64,000 nucleotides of DNA from an uncultured delta proteobacterium. GTDB lineage: Bacteria; Desulfobacterota; Syntrophorhabdia; Syntrophorhabdales; WCHB1-27. Numbering within the stretch: the stretch's first letter is position 1; the number at the start of each line of letters is the position of its first letter. The notes below the pieces were generated by a model. The model ran no database searches and had not been told where the DNA came from. It saw nothing but the letters and a program-made list of their open reading frames with translations. The position numbers and the translations under genes were made by a program. The stretch is from assembly GCA_963810935.1 (NCBI GenBank), contig CAWEPK010000012.1, forward strand, positions 96,001-160,000, read 5' to 3'. Positions 41,202 through 50,906 of this stretch are shown one piece after another.

Positions 41202-43859
41202 TCATTCGCTCTCGCCGTCGAGCACGCGCCTGACGGTCGTCGCCAGCTCCCTCTTTGTCAGGGGCTTCATCACAAACCCCTTTATTCCGGCAGCCTTTGC
41301 TGAATCAGCATCTACAAGGTGGCTGAAACCGGTGGTCATTATGACAGGCGTCTCCGGTCTGATGTTCATTATTGCCCGCGCAAGCTCCAGACCGGTCATA
41401 TCGGGCATGGTCTGATCTGTGATCACAACATCGAACCGGGACGGATCGAGCCTGAAAAGCGCCAGAGCCTCCCGGCTGCCGGTACGGCATACTACCTCGT
41501 AACCGAGTTCGGCGAGCAGGTCTTCTCCCATCTCGATCAATGCTTCCTCGTCATCGACGAAGAGGATCCTCTCCTGCCCCGTAGGGATGGTCTGGCCGCC
41601 CACATGATCCGTCACCGGTGTTTCTTCGACTTTCGGGAAATAGGCCGTGAACGTCGATCCTTTGCCCGGTTCGCTTTCGGCCGTGATATACCCGCCCGAT
41701 TGTTTCACGATCCCCATGACGACAGATAAGCCCAGTCCTGTCCCTTCCCCCTGCTTCTTCGTAGTAAAGAAGGGGTCGAAAATCTTATCGATAACTTCCG
41801 GCGGAATGCCTGACCCCGTGTCACGGACAACGAGCTTCATATAGAACCCCGGCTCCATACCGTGATCTCCGTTAGAGCGGGGGATGCTGAAGTCGGAAAG
41901 TTCTATGTCGAGCGTCCCGCCCTTCTCCCTCATTGCGTAGGCGGCATTTGTCGCCAGGTTCATAAGGACCTGCTGAATTTGAACGGGATCGCCCATAATC
42001 ACGCCCGATTCGCTTTTCACGGAGACTTTGATGCTGACTGTAGAGGGTATCGACGCCCTCAGCAGCCTTACCGTCTCCTCGACGATGCCGGATAGCCGGA
42101 GAGGTTTCTTCTCCTGCTCGGTCTGCCGGCTGAAGGTGAGCATCTGCCTGACCAGGTCGCGTCCCCGGAGGCCCGCTTCCAGAACTCTCCTGGTGCTGCG
42201 CCTCTCCTTGCTGTTTTCCGGGAGGTGGTCCTGCAGTAATTCGGTAAAGCCGATAATGGCGGCAAGAATGTTGTTGAAATCGTGGGCAATGCCTCCTGAG
42301 AGCGTGCCGAGTGCTTCCATTTTTTGGGCCTGATGGAACTGTCTTTCCAGTCGCCTATGATCCGTGACATCAAGATTAATCTCCATAATAGCTATGGCGT
42401 TCCCGGTATTGTCACGCTGCAAAGCCTGCCGGCTTGCAACTACGATCCGGCGGCCATCCTTTGTCGTGTGCCGCAACTCTCCCTCCCAGTGCCCTCTCCT
42501 GGTCAGTACCGCCATGTGTTCTGCGAAGGAAACTGGAAACTCGGTCTTAAGAAGGCTACGCGTGACCTTGCCCACGGCCTCGGCCTTTGTCCAGCCGTAC
42601 AACTCTTCTGCTGCCCTATTCCAAAAGGTAATCCTGCTATCCATGTCGCGGACGAGAATGGTGTTATGGGCGAGTTCGAGCAAGTCGGCCTGCCGGCGGA
42701 GGGCCTCGGTCCTCTCCTGAACGCGCAGCTCCAGCTCGTCATGCGATTTGCGCAGCTCCTCTTCCATCCGTTTGTGCTCGGTGATGTCCATAATCGTGCT
42801 GCAGGCAACGTTGCCCTCACCCGCAAAGTTGATCATCTCGCTCGAAAACAATACTGTGAGGATTTTACCCGTTTTGGTCCTCATGCGGACTTCGAGGTTC
42901 GGGACCCTGCCGTTTTCCTCGAACAGGCGGACAAGTTTCGCCCGGTCGGCCTCCGGGTTAAGGTAGACGTTCAGGTCTGCTACGACCCTGCGCCCTATGG
43001 CTTCCTCCCTGCTATATTCAAAGAGCTTCAAAAAGCTGTCGTTGGCCTCGATAAGAGTCTGGTCGGAGGGTCGGGTGATTGTCATTGCGCTCGGGCTTCC
43101 ATAGAAAGCCTTCGAGAACCGCGCCTCGCTCTCCCTCACCGCTTCCTCGGCCCTCTTGCGCTCGGTTATATCGCGTATCACGCTTAGCAGGACCGGGTCG
43201 CTGCCGATGAAGACGCCTTGTGAGCTTACCTCCACGGGAAAAGTTGTCCCATCCTTCCGCAGGTGGTCTGTCTCGAACAGGATGCCCGCCGATCCGGCCT
43301 TATCCATCTGGGAGTCGGCCAGCGAACGTTCTTGACCTCGCAGGTCGTAGATGGTCAGTGAGAGAAGCTCTTCATCGCTGTACCCGTACGCTTTGGTTGC
43401 GGCTTGATTGGCTTCCAGTATGCGGCCGTCCCGGCGGCGCACGAACAAAATGATGTCACGAGAATCGCCGGCCAGAAGCTGGTAACGGCGCAACGCCTCC
43501 GCGCTCTCCTGCCTGGCCTCCAGCACTCTGACCTTTCCCAGTCTGGCGGCAATGACGGTCAGGATGAGTCCACTCAGATAGAACAGCGCCAGCGCCACAA
43601 TATCTCCCGTGGCCTCTATTTTGAATGAGTACATGGGCTGCAGGAAGAGGAAGTCGGCGGTAAGTCCGCTCAGCAGGATAGAGAGCAATGCCGGGCCTGT
43701 GCCGCAGATGAGGACAACGAGTATTACCGCCGGATAGAAGGTGACGAAGGGAACGGTGACACCAAACAGCCGCCCCAGAACGAGGCGCACGGCAGCCGCG
43801 ACTGCTACGATGATGATGGCCCTTATATAGTCTCTGACCGGTACGTCCCGTACGTTCAT
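41202..43859 (-). CDS. Hybrid sensor histidine kinase (membrane DUF4118-like, 3 PAS, HK, REC)
   Basis: GGIAHDFNNIL H-box; DTGSGI, FFTTK, GTGLGL; C-terminal receiver FVDDE...TDQTMP...KP. Confidence 0.92.
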   Translation of the reverse strand: MNVRDVPVRDYIRAIIIVAVAAAVRLVLGRLFGVTVPFVTFYPAVILVVLICGTGPALLSILLSGLTADFLFLQPMYSFKIEATGDIVALALFYLSGLILTVIAARLGKVRVLEARQESAEALRRYQLLAGDSRDIILFVRRRDGRILEANQAATKAYGYSDEELLSLTIYDLRGQERSLADSQMDKAGSAGILFETDHLRKDGTTFPVEVSSQGVFIGSDPVLLSVIRDITERKRAEEAVRESEARFSKAFYGSPSAMTITRPSDQTLIEANDSFLKLFEYSREEAIGRRVVADLNVYLNPEADRAKLVRLFEENGRVPNLEVRMRTKTGKILTVLFSSEMINFAGEGNVACSTIMDITEHKRMEEELRKSHDELELRVQERTEALRRQADLLELAHNTILVRDMDSRITFWNRAAEELYGWTKAEAVGKVTRSLLKTEFPVSFAEHMAVLTRRGHWEGELRHTTKDGRRIVVASRQALQRDNTGNAIAIMEINLDVTDHRRLERQFHQAQKMEALGTLSGGIAHDFNNILAAIIGFTELLQDHLPENSKERRSTRRVLEAGLRGRDLVRQMLTFSRQTEQEKKPLRLSGIVEETVRLLRASIPSTVSIKVSVKSESGVIMGDPVQIQQVLMNLATNAAYAMREKGGTLDIELSDFSIPRSNGDHGMEPGFYMKLVVRDTGSGIPPEVIDKIFDPFFTTKKQGEGTGLGLSVVMGIVKQSGGYITAESEPGKGSTFTAYFPKVEETPVTDHVGGQTIPTGQERILFVDDEEALIEMGEDLLAELGYEVVCRTGSREALALFRLDPSRFDVVITDQTMPDMTGLELARAIMNIRPETPVIMTTGFSHLVDADSAKAAGIKGFVMKPLTKRELATTVRRVLDGESE

Positions 43860-44014
43860 CTTAGTAACCGAGACAAGCAGCCATATTTTATCCTGTTTTG
43901 AGAACAGAATAAAGAGTAACGCATCTTTCCCGCGAGCGGACCGGCGGGCAGCTTTTCACCCGGCAATCGTTAATAGTTCAACCAAAAAACAACGCCGATC
44001 CACGGGCATATGCA

Positions 44015-44034
44015 TTATGTCATAAATGACATAA
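44015..44034. promoter_or_regulatory. Perfect palindrome (candidate operator) between the kinase and the ydhYVW-like operon
   Basis: TTATGTCAT-AA-ATGACATAA. Confidence 0.55.
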
Positions 44035-44175
44035 GTACATTATTTCATTGACTGTTTTTAGCTACGCGTGTTAGGACAGAATAACACGGAGCGATGGAAC
44101 GCCGGTAGCACCGACCCCGAAGAAGATGAAATCGACTGACGATTTCTTAAATATTTGAGCAGGCAGGAGGAAAAC

Positions 44176-44913
44176 ATGCGCGATCAGGACGAAAAGCACC
44201 CGGAGCTGGAAAAACTCCTTGAAATAGCAGGCCTGGATCATTCCTGTTCCAGAAGGGGTTTCTTGAAGTGGAGCGGGGTAACGGTAGTGGGAATAACGGC
44301 TCTGTGGACATTGAAGGCAAAGGCTGTGGACGCTCCCCTCGTCATTATGGACCAGGCGAAGGGGATCGTGATCGCGGACCCTACCAGGTGCGTGGGCTGC
44401 AGACGGTGCGAGTTCGCCTGCACGGAGTTTAACGACGGCAAAGCTTCCCCGACTATCTCGAGGATCAAGGTAAGTCGAAATCTCAACTTCGGCGTGAACG
44501 GTGTTTTTTACGGCCAGCGTGCCCAGGGGACCTGGGGGGACGGGCTTGTCTTTCAAGACCTCTGCAAGCAGTGCCCGCATCCCGTTCCGTGCGCGAACGC
44601 CTGCCCGAATGACGCCATAGTAGTGAAGCCCCCCACGAATGCGAGGGTCGTTGACCCCAATAAATGCGTCGGGTGCAAGATGTGCCAGAGGGCATGTCCA
44701 TGGGAGATGATGTCTTTCGACGCCGACACCAACAAGGCGACGAAATGCTTCCTCTGCGACGGAAAGCCCAAATGTGTTGAGGCTTGTCCGGCCGAAGCCC
44801 TGATGTACGTAGCGTGGCGCGACTTAACGGATAAGATAGCGCCACGGGTGGCGCCGAGCGCTATCGTCGCTCCGGCCAAGGCAGCGGCATGCAACGAGTG
44901 CCACAAAAAGTAG
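44176..44913 (+). CDS. 4Fe-4S ferredoxin-like protein, YdhY-like, with Tat-like motif
   Basis: SRRGFLK; CVGCRRCE, CKQC...CANACP, CVGCKMCQRACP, KCFLC...CVEACP; C-terminal CNECH. Confidence 0.85.
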   Translation: MRDQDEKHPELEKLLEIAGLDHSCSRRGFLKWSGVTVVGITALWTLKAKAVDAPLVIMDQAKGIVIADPTRCVGCRRCEFACTEFNDGKASPTISRIKVSRNLNFGVNGVFYGQRAQGTWGDGLVFQDLCKQCPHPVPCANACPNDAIVVKPPTNARVVDPNKCVGCKMCQRACPWEMMSFDADTNKATKCFLCDGKPKCVEACPAEALMYVAWRDLTDKIAPRVAPSAIVAPAKAAACNECHKK

Positions 44914-44928
44914 AGGAGGAAGGTTACC

Positions 44929-47034
44929 ATGGTGAAGCAAGGAGGATGGGCGGGTAAGGTCCTTCGGGTCGACCTGTCAACGAGCCGGATCTCGAAAGAA
45001 GATACGATAGAGAAATACAAGGATTACCTGGGAGGCACAGGCATCGGCTACAAAGTGATCTGGGACGAGGTCCCGGCCGGGACGAAGCCTTTCGAGCCGG
45101 CGAACAAGATCATATTCGCAGTCGGTCCCCTTGCAGGGACCGGCGCCCCCTGCAACGGGCGCACGGCTATTACGACCCTCTGGCCGACGTGCTGGCCAAA
45201 GCCGTTGGTGGCGAGCGGACATATGGGAGGCCATTTCGCGGCGTCCCTGAAGTTTGCAGGGTATGATGCGATCGTCATCGAAGGGAAGGCTGACCGTCCC
45301 GTGTGGCTTTTCATTGCAGACGGGAAGGCGGAGGTCAAGGACGCCCGCCACATGTGGGGCCAGGGGATACGCCGCACGACCCTCGAGATCAGCCAGCAAA
45401 TGGGACCCGAGGCCTCGGTGGCAGCGATCGGCCAGGCGGGTGAGAACCTGGTCCCCATGGCTGTTGTCATGAACGGATATTCCCACTCGGCCGGCGGGGT
45501 CGGAGGCGTCCTTGGCTCGAAGAACCTGAAGGCTATCGGCGTCGTTGGGACAGGCAGCGTTCGGATCGCGGGAAGCAAGGACGAATGGGAGAAGGCCGTA
45601 AAATACCACCTGTCCCTTTTGGGCGCCAATAACCAGCACGTAGTCCCCAACAGCCCTCAGCCCTGGGCAGAGTATCACGCCCCGGGGACCAGGTGGCTCG
45701 CATCGAAGGGCCGGAAATGGGGAGCGGCTGAGCCGGCGATAGATACGGGCACGTGCGAGCCGCACAACCTCAACCGCATCGCCTACCGGACCAACAACAT
45801 GGCGTTCTACCTGGGCGAAAAGGGATGGAAGTACACGGTGAGGGGGAACGGGTGCACCGGTTGCCCAATCCGCTGCCATACGATGATGAAAGTTCCTTCG
45901 GTCGCGGCTAAGTACGGGATACCCGACAGGGGGCAAAATACCTGTGCGGGATTGATGATGGGCCCATGGTTCTACAAGAGCTTCCCGGACGGGCCGCAGG
46001 GAGAGACGGCGATAGAGGCCGCGATGGTTGGGATGCACCTGGCCGATGACCTCGGCATCTGGTGCAACTACTCGCAGATGCAGCGGGATTTCATCAAGAT
46101 GCATTACGAGGGGATCATAAAAGGGAAGATCGGAGAGGCCGAATACAAGAGCTTCTCCTGGGACAAGTACGAAAAGGGCGACCCCGGCTTCCTCTTCGAG
46201 ATAATGCCGAAGATCGCATACAAACAGGGAGAGCTGGGCACGGCCATAGGTCTCGGCACCGGATACATGCTGGAGCGCTGGGGGCTTTCGGAGGCTGAGT
46301 GGAAGAAGGACCACGAGCTTGTCTACTGGAAGATGGGCCATCCCAAGCACCACGCGAACGAAGACGCCGGGCAGTCGGGGGTCATTATCAATACGATCTA
46401 TAACCGGGACACCCAGTGCCATTCCCAGGTAAACCTCACGCGGAACGGGCTGCCCCTCGAGGTCCAGAAGCGCCTGGGCGCGGAGCTGTGGGGTTCCCCC
46501 GACGCCATCGACGCGGTAGGGGCATACACGCCGATGAACGTCTACAAAGCGAGGTTCGCCAAATGGTCCCTCGTCAGGAAGGAGTTGCACGATTCTCTAT
46601 CCGTGTGCAACTGGATGGGGCCGTGGGCTGCCTCGCCGCTGAAAGAGAGGGGCTACCGGGGTGACGACTCCATCGAATCGGTCCTTTACAGCATCGCGAC
46701 GGGCGACAAAAAGAGCCGCGAGGAACTGGACAAAGTGGGAGAGCGCATCTTTCAGCTCCACCGGGCGCTGACGATCCGTGACATGGGGACCAAAGAGATG
46801 CGCACAAGGCACGACACCGTTCCCGATTGGGTCTTTACGGACAAATCGGGCAAGGCGCCCTTCACTAAGGGGACGATCCGCATGGACCCCGCGGACATCG
46901 AGAAGGGCAAGGGCATGTTCTATAAAGAGTGCGGGTGGGATGAGCAGACGGGAGCGCCCCGCGCCGAAACTTACCGGAAGCTGGGGCTCGACTACGCGGC
47001 CGCGGAGCTGGGCAAGAAAGGGCTCCTGCCGTAG
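44929..47034 (+). CDS. Aldehyde:ferredoxin oxidoreductase family (W/Mo), YdhV-like
   Basis: GWAGKVLRVDLS, LGGTGIG, GHMGG, IGQAGENL, GSKNLKA, CTGCPIRC, ADDLG. Confidence 0.9.
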   Translation: MVKQGGWAGKVLRVDLSTSRISKEDTIEKYKDYLGGTGIGYKVIWDEVPAGTKPFEPANKIIFAVGPLAGTGAPCNGRTAITTLWPTCWPKPLVASGHMGGHFAASLKFAGYDAIVIEGKADRPVWLFIADGKAEVKDARHMWGQGIRRTTLEISQQMGPEASVAAIGQAGENLVPMAVVMNGYSHSAGGVGGVLGSKNLKAIGVVGTGSVRIAGSKDEWEKAVKYHLSLLGANNQHVVPNSPQPWAEYHAPGTRWLASKGRKWGAAEPAIDTGTCEPHNLNRIAYRTNNMAFYLGEKGWKYTVRGNGCTGCPIRCHTMMKVPSVAAKYGIPDRGQNTCAGLMMGPWFYKSFPDGPQGETAIEAAMVGMHLADDLGIWCNYSQMQRDFIKMHYEGIIKGKIGEAEYKSFSWDKYEKGDPGFLFEIMPKIAYKQGELGTAIGLGTGYMLERWGLSEAEWKKDHELVYWKMGHPKHHANEDAGQSGVIINTIYNRDTQCHSQVNLTRNGLPLEVQKRLGAELWGSPDAIDAVGAYTPMNVYKARFAKWSLVRKELHDSLSVCNWMGPWAASPLKERGYRGDDSIESVLYSIATGDKKSREELDKVGERIFQLHRALTIRDMGTKEMRTRHDTVPDWVFTDKSGKAPFTKGTIRMDPADIEKGKGMFYKECGWDEQTGAPRAETYRKLGLDYAAAELGKKGLLP

Positions 47035-47073
47035 GTGTGTGAAGGCGCCGGGCCCTAAGGGAAGGAAGCAATA

Positions 47074-47661
47074 GTGGACAGGCAGGACGGACAGACCAAG
47101 GAAGAAACCGAGGCAGCGGCCAGAGAGGCCGTAATCAAGTTTGTTGAAAGGAGCAGCGCCGCCGGCCGGTTCGTTACGGCGGAAGACATCCGCAACGAGC
47201 TTGCCGCGACTATCGGGCCGTTAGAACGTCTCGACCTTGACGCATTCGGGCAATTTTTGAAAGAACCGGTCGTGCGGAATGAGGAACTGAAGGAGGTCGC
47301 CGGTGGGGACGGCGTCGCCCGCTACTATTCCGGCCGGGCCATGACTGACGCGTACGCCGGGCTCCTTATCCGTAAAGGCCAGGACCCGCTGCTTCTCGTA
47401 ACGGACATAGTCCGCGAGAATTCCAGGCTCTATCCGCGCCCGGTCCCTCTTGGCATGTTCGGTGATACCCCGTTCGACCTGACGCCCGAGGAGGTTTCAT
47501 CATGCCTCGGAAGGATGGCCGGCCGGGAGGAATACGGCGATATCCGCCGGACAACGACGTCGATCGGCACCGTCTTCCTTTATTCCACCCTTCACCTGGA
47601 GCCGGATTACGCGAGCTTCCTCGCCGAATGGATCGACGTCGGCCAATTGAACAGTCCATGA
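47074..47661 (+). CDS. YdhW-like oxidoreductase-associated protein
   Basis: YYSGRAMTDAYA...VRENSRLYPRP...LYSTLHL...YASFLAEW; follows the YdhV-like gene. Confidence 0.7.
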   Translation: MDRQDGQTKEETEAAAREAVIKFVERSSAAGRFVTAEDIRNELAATIGPLERLDLDAFGQFLKEPVVRNEELKEVAGGDGVARYYSGRAMTDAYAGLLIRKGQDPLLLVTDIVRENSRLYPRPVPLGMFGDTPFDLTPEEVSSCLGRMAGREEYGDIRRTTTSIGTVFLYSTLHLEPDYASFLAEWIDVGQLNSP

Positions 47662-47779
47662 AGAAAAACAGCGACTGAAAGCCGGACGCGGCAGCTCCCA
47701 ACGGCCACTTCCTTAACGGGTGAGGGGATAGGAAAGGTCTGATCGGCCGGAGAGATTTTCGTCGGGGCACCCGCGAGTA

Positions 47780-47889
47780 GACCGCCTAGGCGGTCGCAAA
47801 GTGGGTCGTTCGCGTTGTTTTTCGACCAAGCGAGCCGCAGCGTACGTTTTATGTACGTGAGGACTCGCGCCCGAGGAAAACGGCGCGAA
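47780..47889. repeat. Fold-back REP/MITE-like element
   Basis: Palindrome GACCGCCTAGGCGGTC (47780-47795); long imperfect stem TTCGCGTTGTTTT...CGTAC...GTACG...AAAACGGCGCGAA (47809-47889). Confidence 0.5.
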
Positions 47890-47917
47890 GGGCGCGGAAA
47901 GATCCCGGCCCTAGCTA

Positions 47918-47968
47918 AGTACTATATGGGACATAGGTCGAGCTACGACCTATGTCCCATATAGTACT
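47918..47968. repeat. Perfect 23-bp inverted repeat with 5-nt loop
   Basis: AGTACTATATGGGACATAGGTCG-AGCTA-CGACCTATGTCCCATATAGTACT. Confidence 0.9.
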
Positions 47969-49164
47969 CCCCAGTCGGTTAGTATATATACGCCGCCTAT
48001 AATCGGGTCCGTCTCATTCCTCTCCGCCAGCACCGCCAGCGTCTTGTCCTGTAGGCGCACGCCTTTCGGCAGCAGCTTCACGCCGCTTGCGGCGTAAATG
48101 TCCTCAGCGACCACCATGCCTGACTTCAGCTCGTCCACGCGCAGCCTCAGCTTGTTCGTATCGGCGACCGTCCTGTGGCTGAGCAGGTACTCTATCAGCA
48201 GATTGGCTATGCGCTCGTTAAGAATGGAATGCATTGCGGAACGCACCCGCCCCACGACCTCCTCCGTCGAGAGCCCCTCCATCTTCAGCTCTTCCTGGTA
48301 AACGATGGTCCGCAGGATCCTGGCGCTGACCGGTATCTCGTCCCCGACAAGCTCGTCCGGGAAACCGGAGCCGTCCTCGTTCTCAAGCTGGTGGTAGACC
48401 GCCTCCGCCGAGGCCCTGGCCCCCGAGATGGTCGATACGATTATCGAGCCTATAACAGGATACTGGCGGTAGGCCGGCTTCAGCGATACGGACAGGCCTA
48501 GGTAGCCCTTGCCCAGAAGCGAATCAGGCAGCCCGATCTTGCCTATCTCGTGCATGAGAGCGGCAAAAAGAAGGTGGCGGCGTTTTTCGTCAGGGTAATC
48601 GAGCCTGCCCGCTATGAACTTGGCTATCTCTTTGGCGTCGCGCGCGCGGTCGCTCGCTCCGGGGATGCGCACGTCCAGCACACTGTGCAGCAGGCCGATC
48701 ATCTCCTTGAAATTCTTCTTGAGCAGGTCGCTCGTATCGGAGAGGCGCTCCTCTTCAGCCGCAAGCTCGTCTTCCAGCCGCCTCGTGCCTATCATCGACC
48801 GCACCCTCGTCAGGAGCGCTGCGGGGCAGAGCGACTTTTCAATGCAGTCATCGGCCGTCTTCCCAAGCAGGGGGACTACAAGCGGCACCTCTACCGTCTC
48901 GCAGACGACCAGGGAGGGTACAGGGACAGGCGGGCCGTCCCCGCAAATAAGCACGGGGTGTGACTCGATGCCGGCGGCCGCCCGGAGGTCGAGGATGAGC
49001 AGCTCGGGGGGCTGTTGGCCGGCGCTGCGCCACGCCTCTTCGAAGCTCCGCGCGGGCCTGATGTCGAGCATCGGGTCCTGACGGAGGATCCCGGCGATCA
49101 TGACGAGCGTCTGCGGGTCTTCACTCACCGCGAGCACCGGCGCTTTGATTGTGCACCGCATCAT
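47950..49164 (-). CDS. Receiver + degenerate HD-GYP domain protein
   Basis: N-terminal REC; MHEIGKIGLPD, HQLENEDGSGFP; C-terminal LKSGMVVAEDIY...LLPKG. Confidence 0.8.
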   Translation of the reverse strand: MMRCTIKAPVLAVSEDPQTLVMIAGILRQDPMLDIRPARSFEEAWRSAGQQPPELLILDLRAAAGIESHPVLICGDGPPVPVPSLVVCETVEVPLVVPLLGKTADDCIEKSLCPAALLTRVRSMIGTRRLEDELAAEEERLSDTSDLLKKNFKEMIGLLHSVLDVRIPGASDRARDAKEIAKFIAGRLDYPDEKRRHLLFAALMHEIGKIGLPDSLLGKGYLGLSVSLKPAYRQYPVIGSIIVSTISGARASAEAVYHQLENEDGSGFPDELVGDEIPVSARILRTIVYQEELKMEGLSTEEVVGRVRSAMHSILNERIANLLIEYLLSHRTVADTNKLRLRVDELKSGMVVAEDIYAASGVKLLPKGVRLQDKTLAVLAERNETDPIIGGVYILTDWGVLYGT

Positions 49165-49165
49165 G

Positions 49166-49993
49166 TCACTGCTTCCCCATAGGTGGTAATGGCGGGCCCG
49201 CCAGGGCGCGCTCGGTCCGCACCGCCTGTGTCACGGACCGGCTCGGCATAAGGATGCTGACCCTCCTGTTCCGGAAATCGTACGGGCTGTCAGGTATTTT
49301 CAAGTTCCTGTCCGCAAACCCGCGCACGGCACGCACCTGGTCCTTGCGGACCCCGCTGTCTTCGAGCACCTTGCGGGCAGCGTTGGCCCTGTCCGCGCTC
49401 AGGTCCCAGTTCGTATAGTCTCTGGATGCGTATGGCCTGGCGTCCGTGTATCCTTCGAGGATCATGTCGTTTCCGAGGCCGGCGAGGCGCGGCGCGATCA
49501 GCTTGATCAGCTTGACGGCTTCCGGCTTGAGGTGCGCCTTGCCTATGTCGAAAAAGAGCCCTTCGGACGCCTCGACGAGGTCGATCCTCAAACCCTCCTG
49601 CGTCACTGTCACCTGTATCTTGTCCTTGAACTTGCTGAAATCGGGGGTGGCCGCTATCGCCTTCTTGAGGTTCTCCGCCTCTGCCTTGAGCCTTGCCATC
49701 TCCCCTGCTTCTTTGTCGGGCGCCACGGGCGCGTTAACCGCCTTCGACGTCGCCGGGCCCGACATGATCCCTTTCTTTGCGGCCATGAAAAGACCCGGGT
49801 CCTTGAAATATGCTGCGATGGCGTCCTTCACGTCTTTGCTCTGCCCGACTATCCAGAGCACGATGAACAGGGCCATCATCGCGGTCACGAAATCTGCGTA
49901 GGCCACTTTCCAGGCCCCGCCGTGGCTCCCTCCGTGGTCCCTCTTCTTCTTTATTATCGTCCTTACGGGGACGTTGCGTTCCTCTTCGATCAT
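49166..49993 (-). CDS. motB: Flagellar stator MotB
   Basis: HGGAWKVAYADFVTAMMALFIVLW; OmpA-like NWDLSADRANAAR...NRRV. Confidence 0.93.
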   Translation of the reverse strand: MIEEERNVPVRTIIKKKRDHGGSHGGAWKVAYADFVTAMMALFIVLWIVGQSKDVKDAIAAYFKDPGLFMAAKKGIMSGPATSKAVNAPVAPDKEAGEMARLKAEAENLKKAIAATPDFSKFKDKIQVTVTQEGLRIDLVEASEGLFFDIGKAHLKPEAVKLIKLIAPRLAGLGNDMILEGYTDARPYASRDYTNWDLSADRANAARKVLEDSGVRKDQVRAVRGFADRNLKIPDSPYDFRNRRVSILMPSRSVTQAVRTERALAGPPLPPMGKQ

Positions 49994-50844
49994 TTCTTGC
50001 CCTTCACGTGGTCTTCCATCTCCTGGAATGAAGGTCTGCAATCGTCAGGGATCGTCCGCCGCGAGAACTCGACGCAGACGATCGGGTTGAAGCCTTTCGC
50101 AAAGGCGACCATCGCGGCCTTGATCGCCTCGTATATCTTCGATTCCTCGTCGTTCGATATATCGAAGTTCGTCGCCAGAGGCTGGATGAAGCCGTAGGAA
50201 AGAAAGATGCCCAGGAAGGTGCCGACGAGGGCCGCGGCTACCTTGTGGCCCACCTCTTCGGCCGCCCCGCCGATAGCCTGCATGGTTATAATGATGCCGA
50301 GCACGGCGGCGACGATGCCGAGGCCTGGCATCGAGTCGCCGATCTTCTGAAGTATCATGCCGGGTCTTGTGCCTTCATGGTGCTGCGTCTCTATGTCGAG
50401 GTCCATCAACGACTCCATGTCGTGCGGCGGCACGCCGCCCAGAATGACGAGGCGGAAGGTGTCGCACATGAAGGTGAGGAGCTTGTGATCTCCCAGGAAC
50501 CGGGGATACTGCTTGAAGATGGAGCTTTCTCCAGGCGCCTCTATGTGGCTTTCCAGCGCGATCAGACCCTCTTTACGGCTGATCTGGAAGACCTCGTACA
50601 GGAGCCTCAAGAGGTCGAGGTAGACCTTCCCTCCGTCCTCACTGCCTTTTAAGGTGCCCATCGCCTTGGCGACGATCTTCTTGAGCGTCTTCACCGGCGT
50701 GGAGATAAGGAGGGCCCCGAAGGCGGAGCCGATAATGATGATGAATTCGGCAACCTGCATGAGGACCATGAACGGTCCGCCTTCCATGGCGAAACCGCCC
50801 AGGACCGCGCCTATGACGACGATACTGCCAATTAATACCAGCAC
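49990..50844 (-). CDS. motA: Flagellar stator MotA
   Basis: RKEGLIALESHIE, PGLGIVAAVLG, AALVGTFLG, EFSRR. Confidence 0.93.
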   Translation of the reverse strand: MLVLIGSIVVIGAVLGGFAMEGGPFMVLMQVAEFIIIIGSAFGALLISTPVKTLKKIVAKAMGTLKGSEDGGKVYLDLLRLLYEVFQISRKEGLIALESHIEAPGESSIFKQYPRFLGDHKLLTFMCDTFRLVILGGVPPHDMESLMDLDIETQHHEGTRPGMILQKIGDSMPGLGIVAAVLGIIITMQAIGGAAEEVGHKVAAALVGTFLGIFLSYGFIQPLATNFDISNDEESKIYEAIKAAMVAFAKGFNPIVCVEFSRRTIPDDCRPSFQEMEDHVKGKK

Positions 50845-50906
50845 TTTTTGGTCCTTTTTCCGGACGCGATACGGACCGGTACGCCCGGTCCCTTATATAT
50901 CATCGA

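Noticed and set aside
49166..50844. Zorya-type (ZorAB) anti-phage system
   Set aside because: MotA and MotB are canonical flagellar length and motif, lack a long ZorA tail, have a sigma28 promoter, and no zorC/D/E lie nearby.
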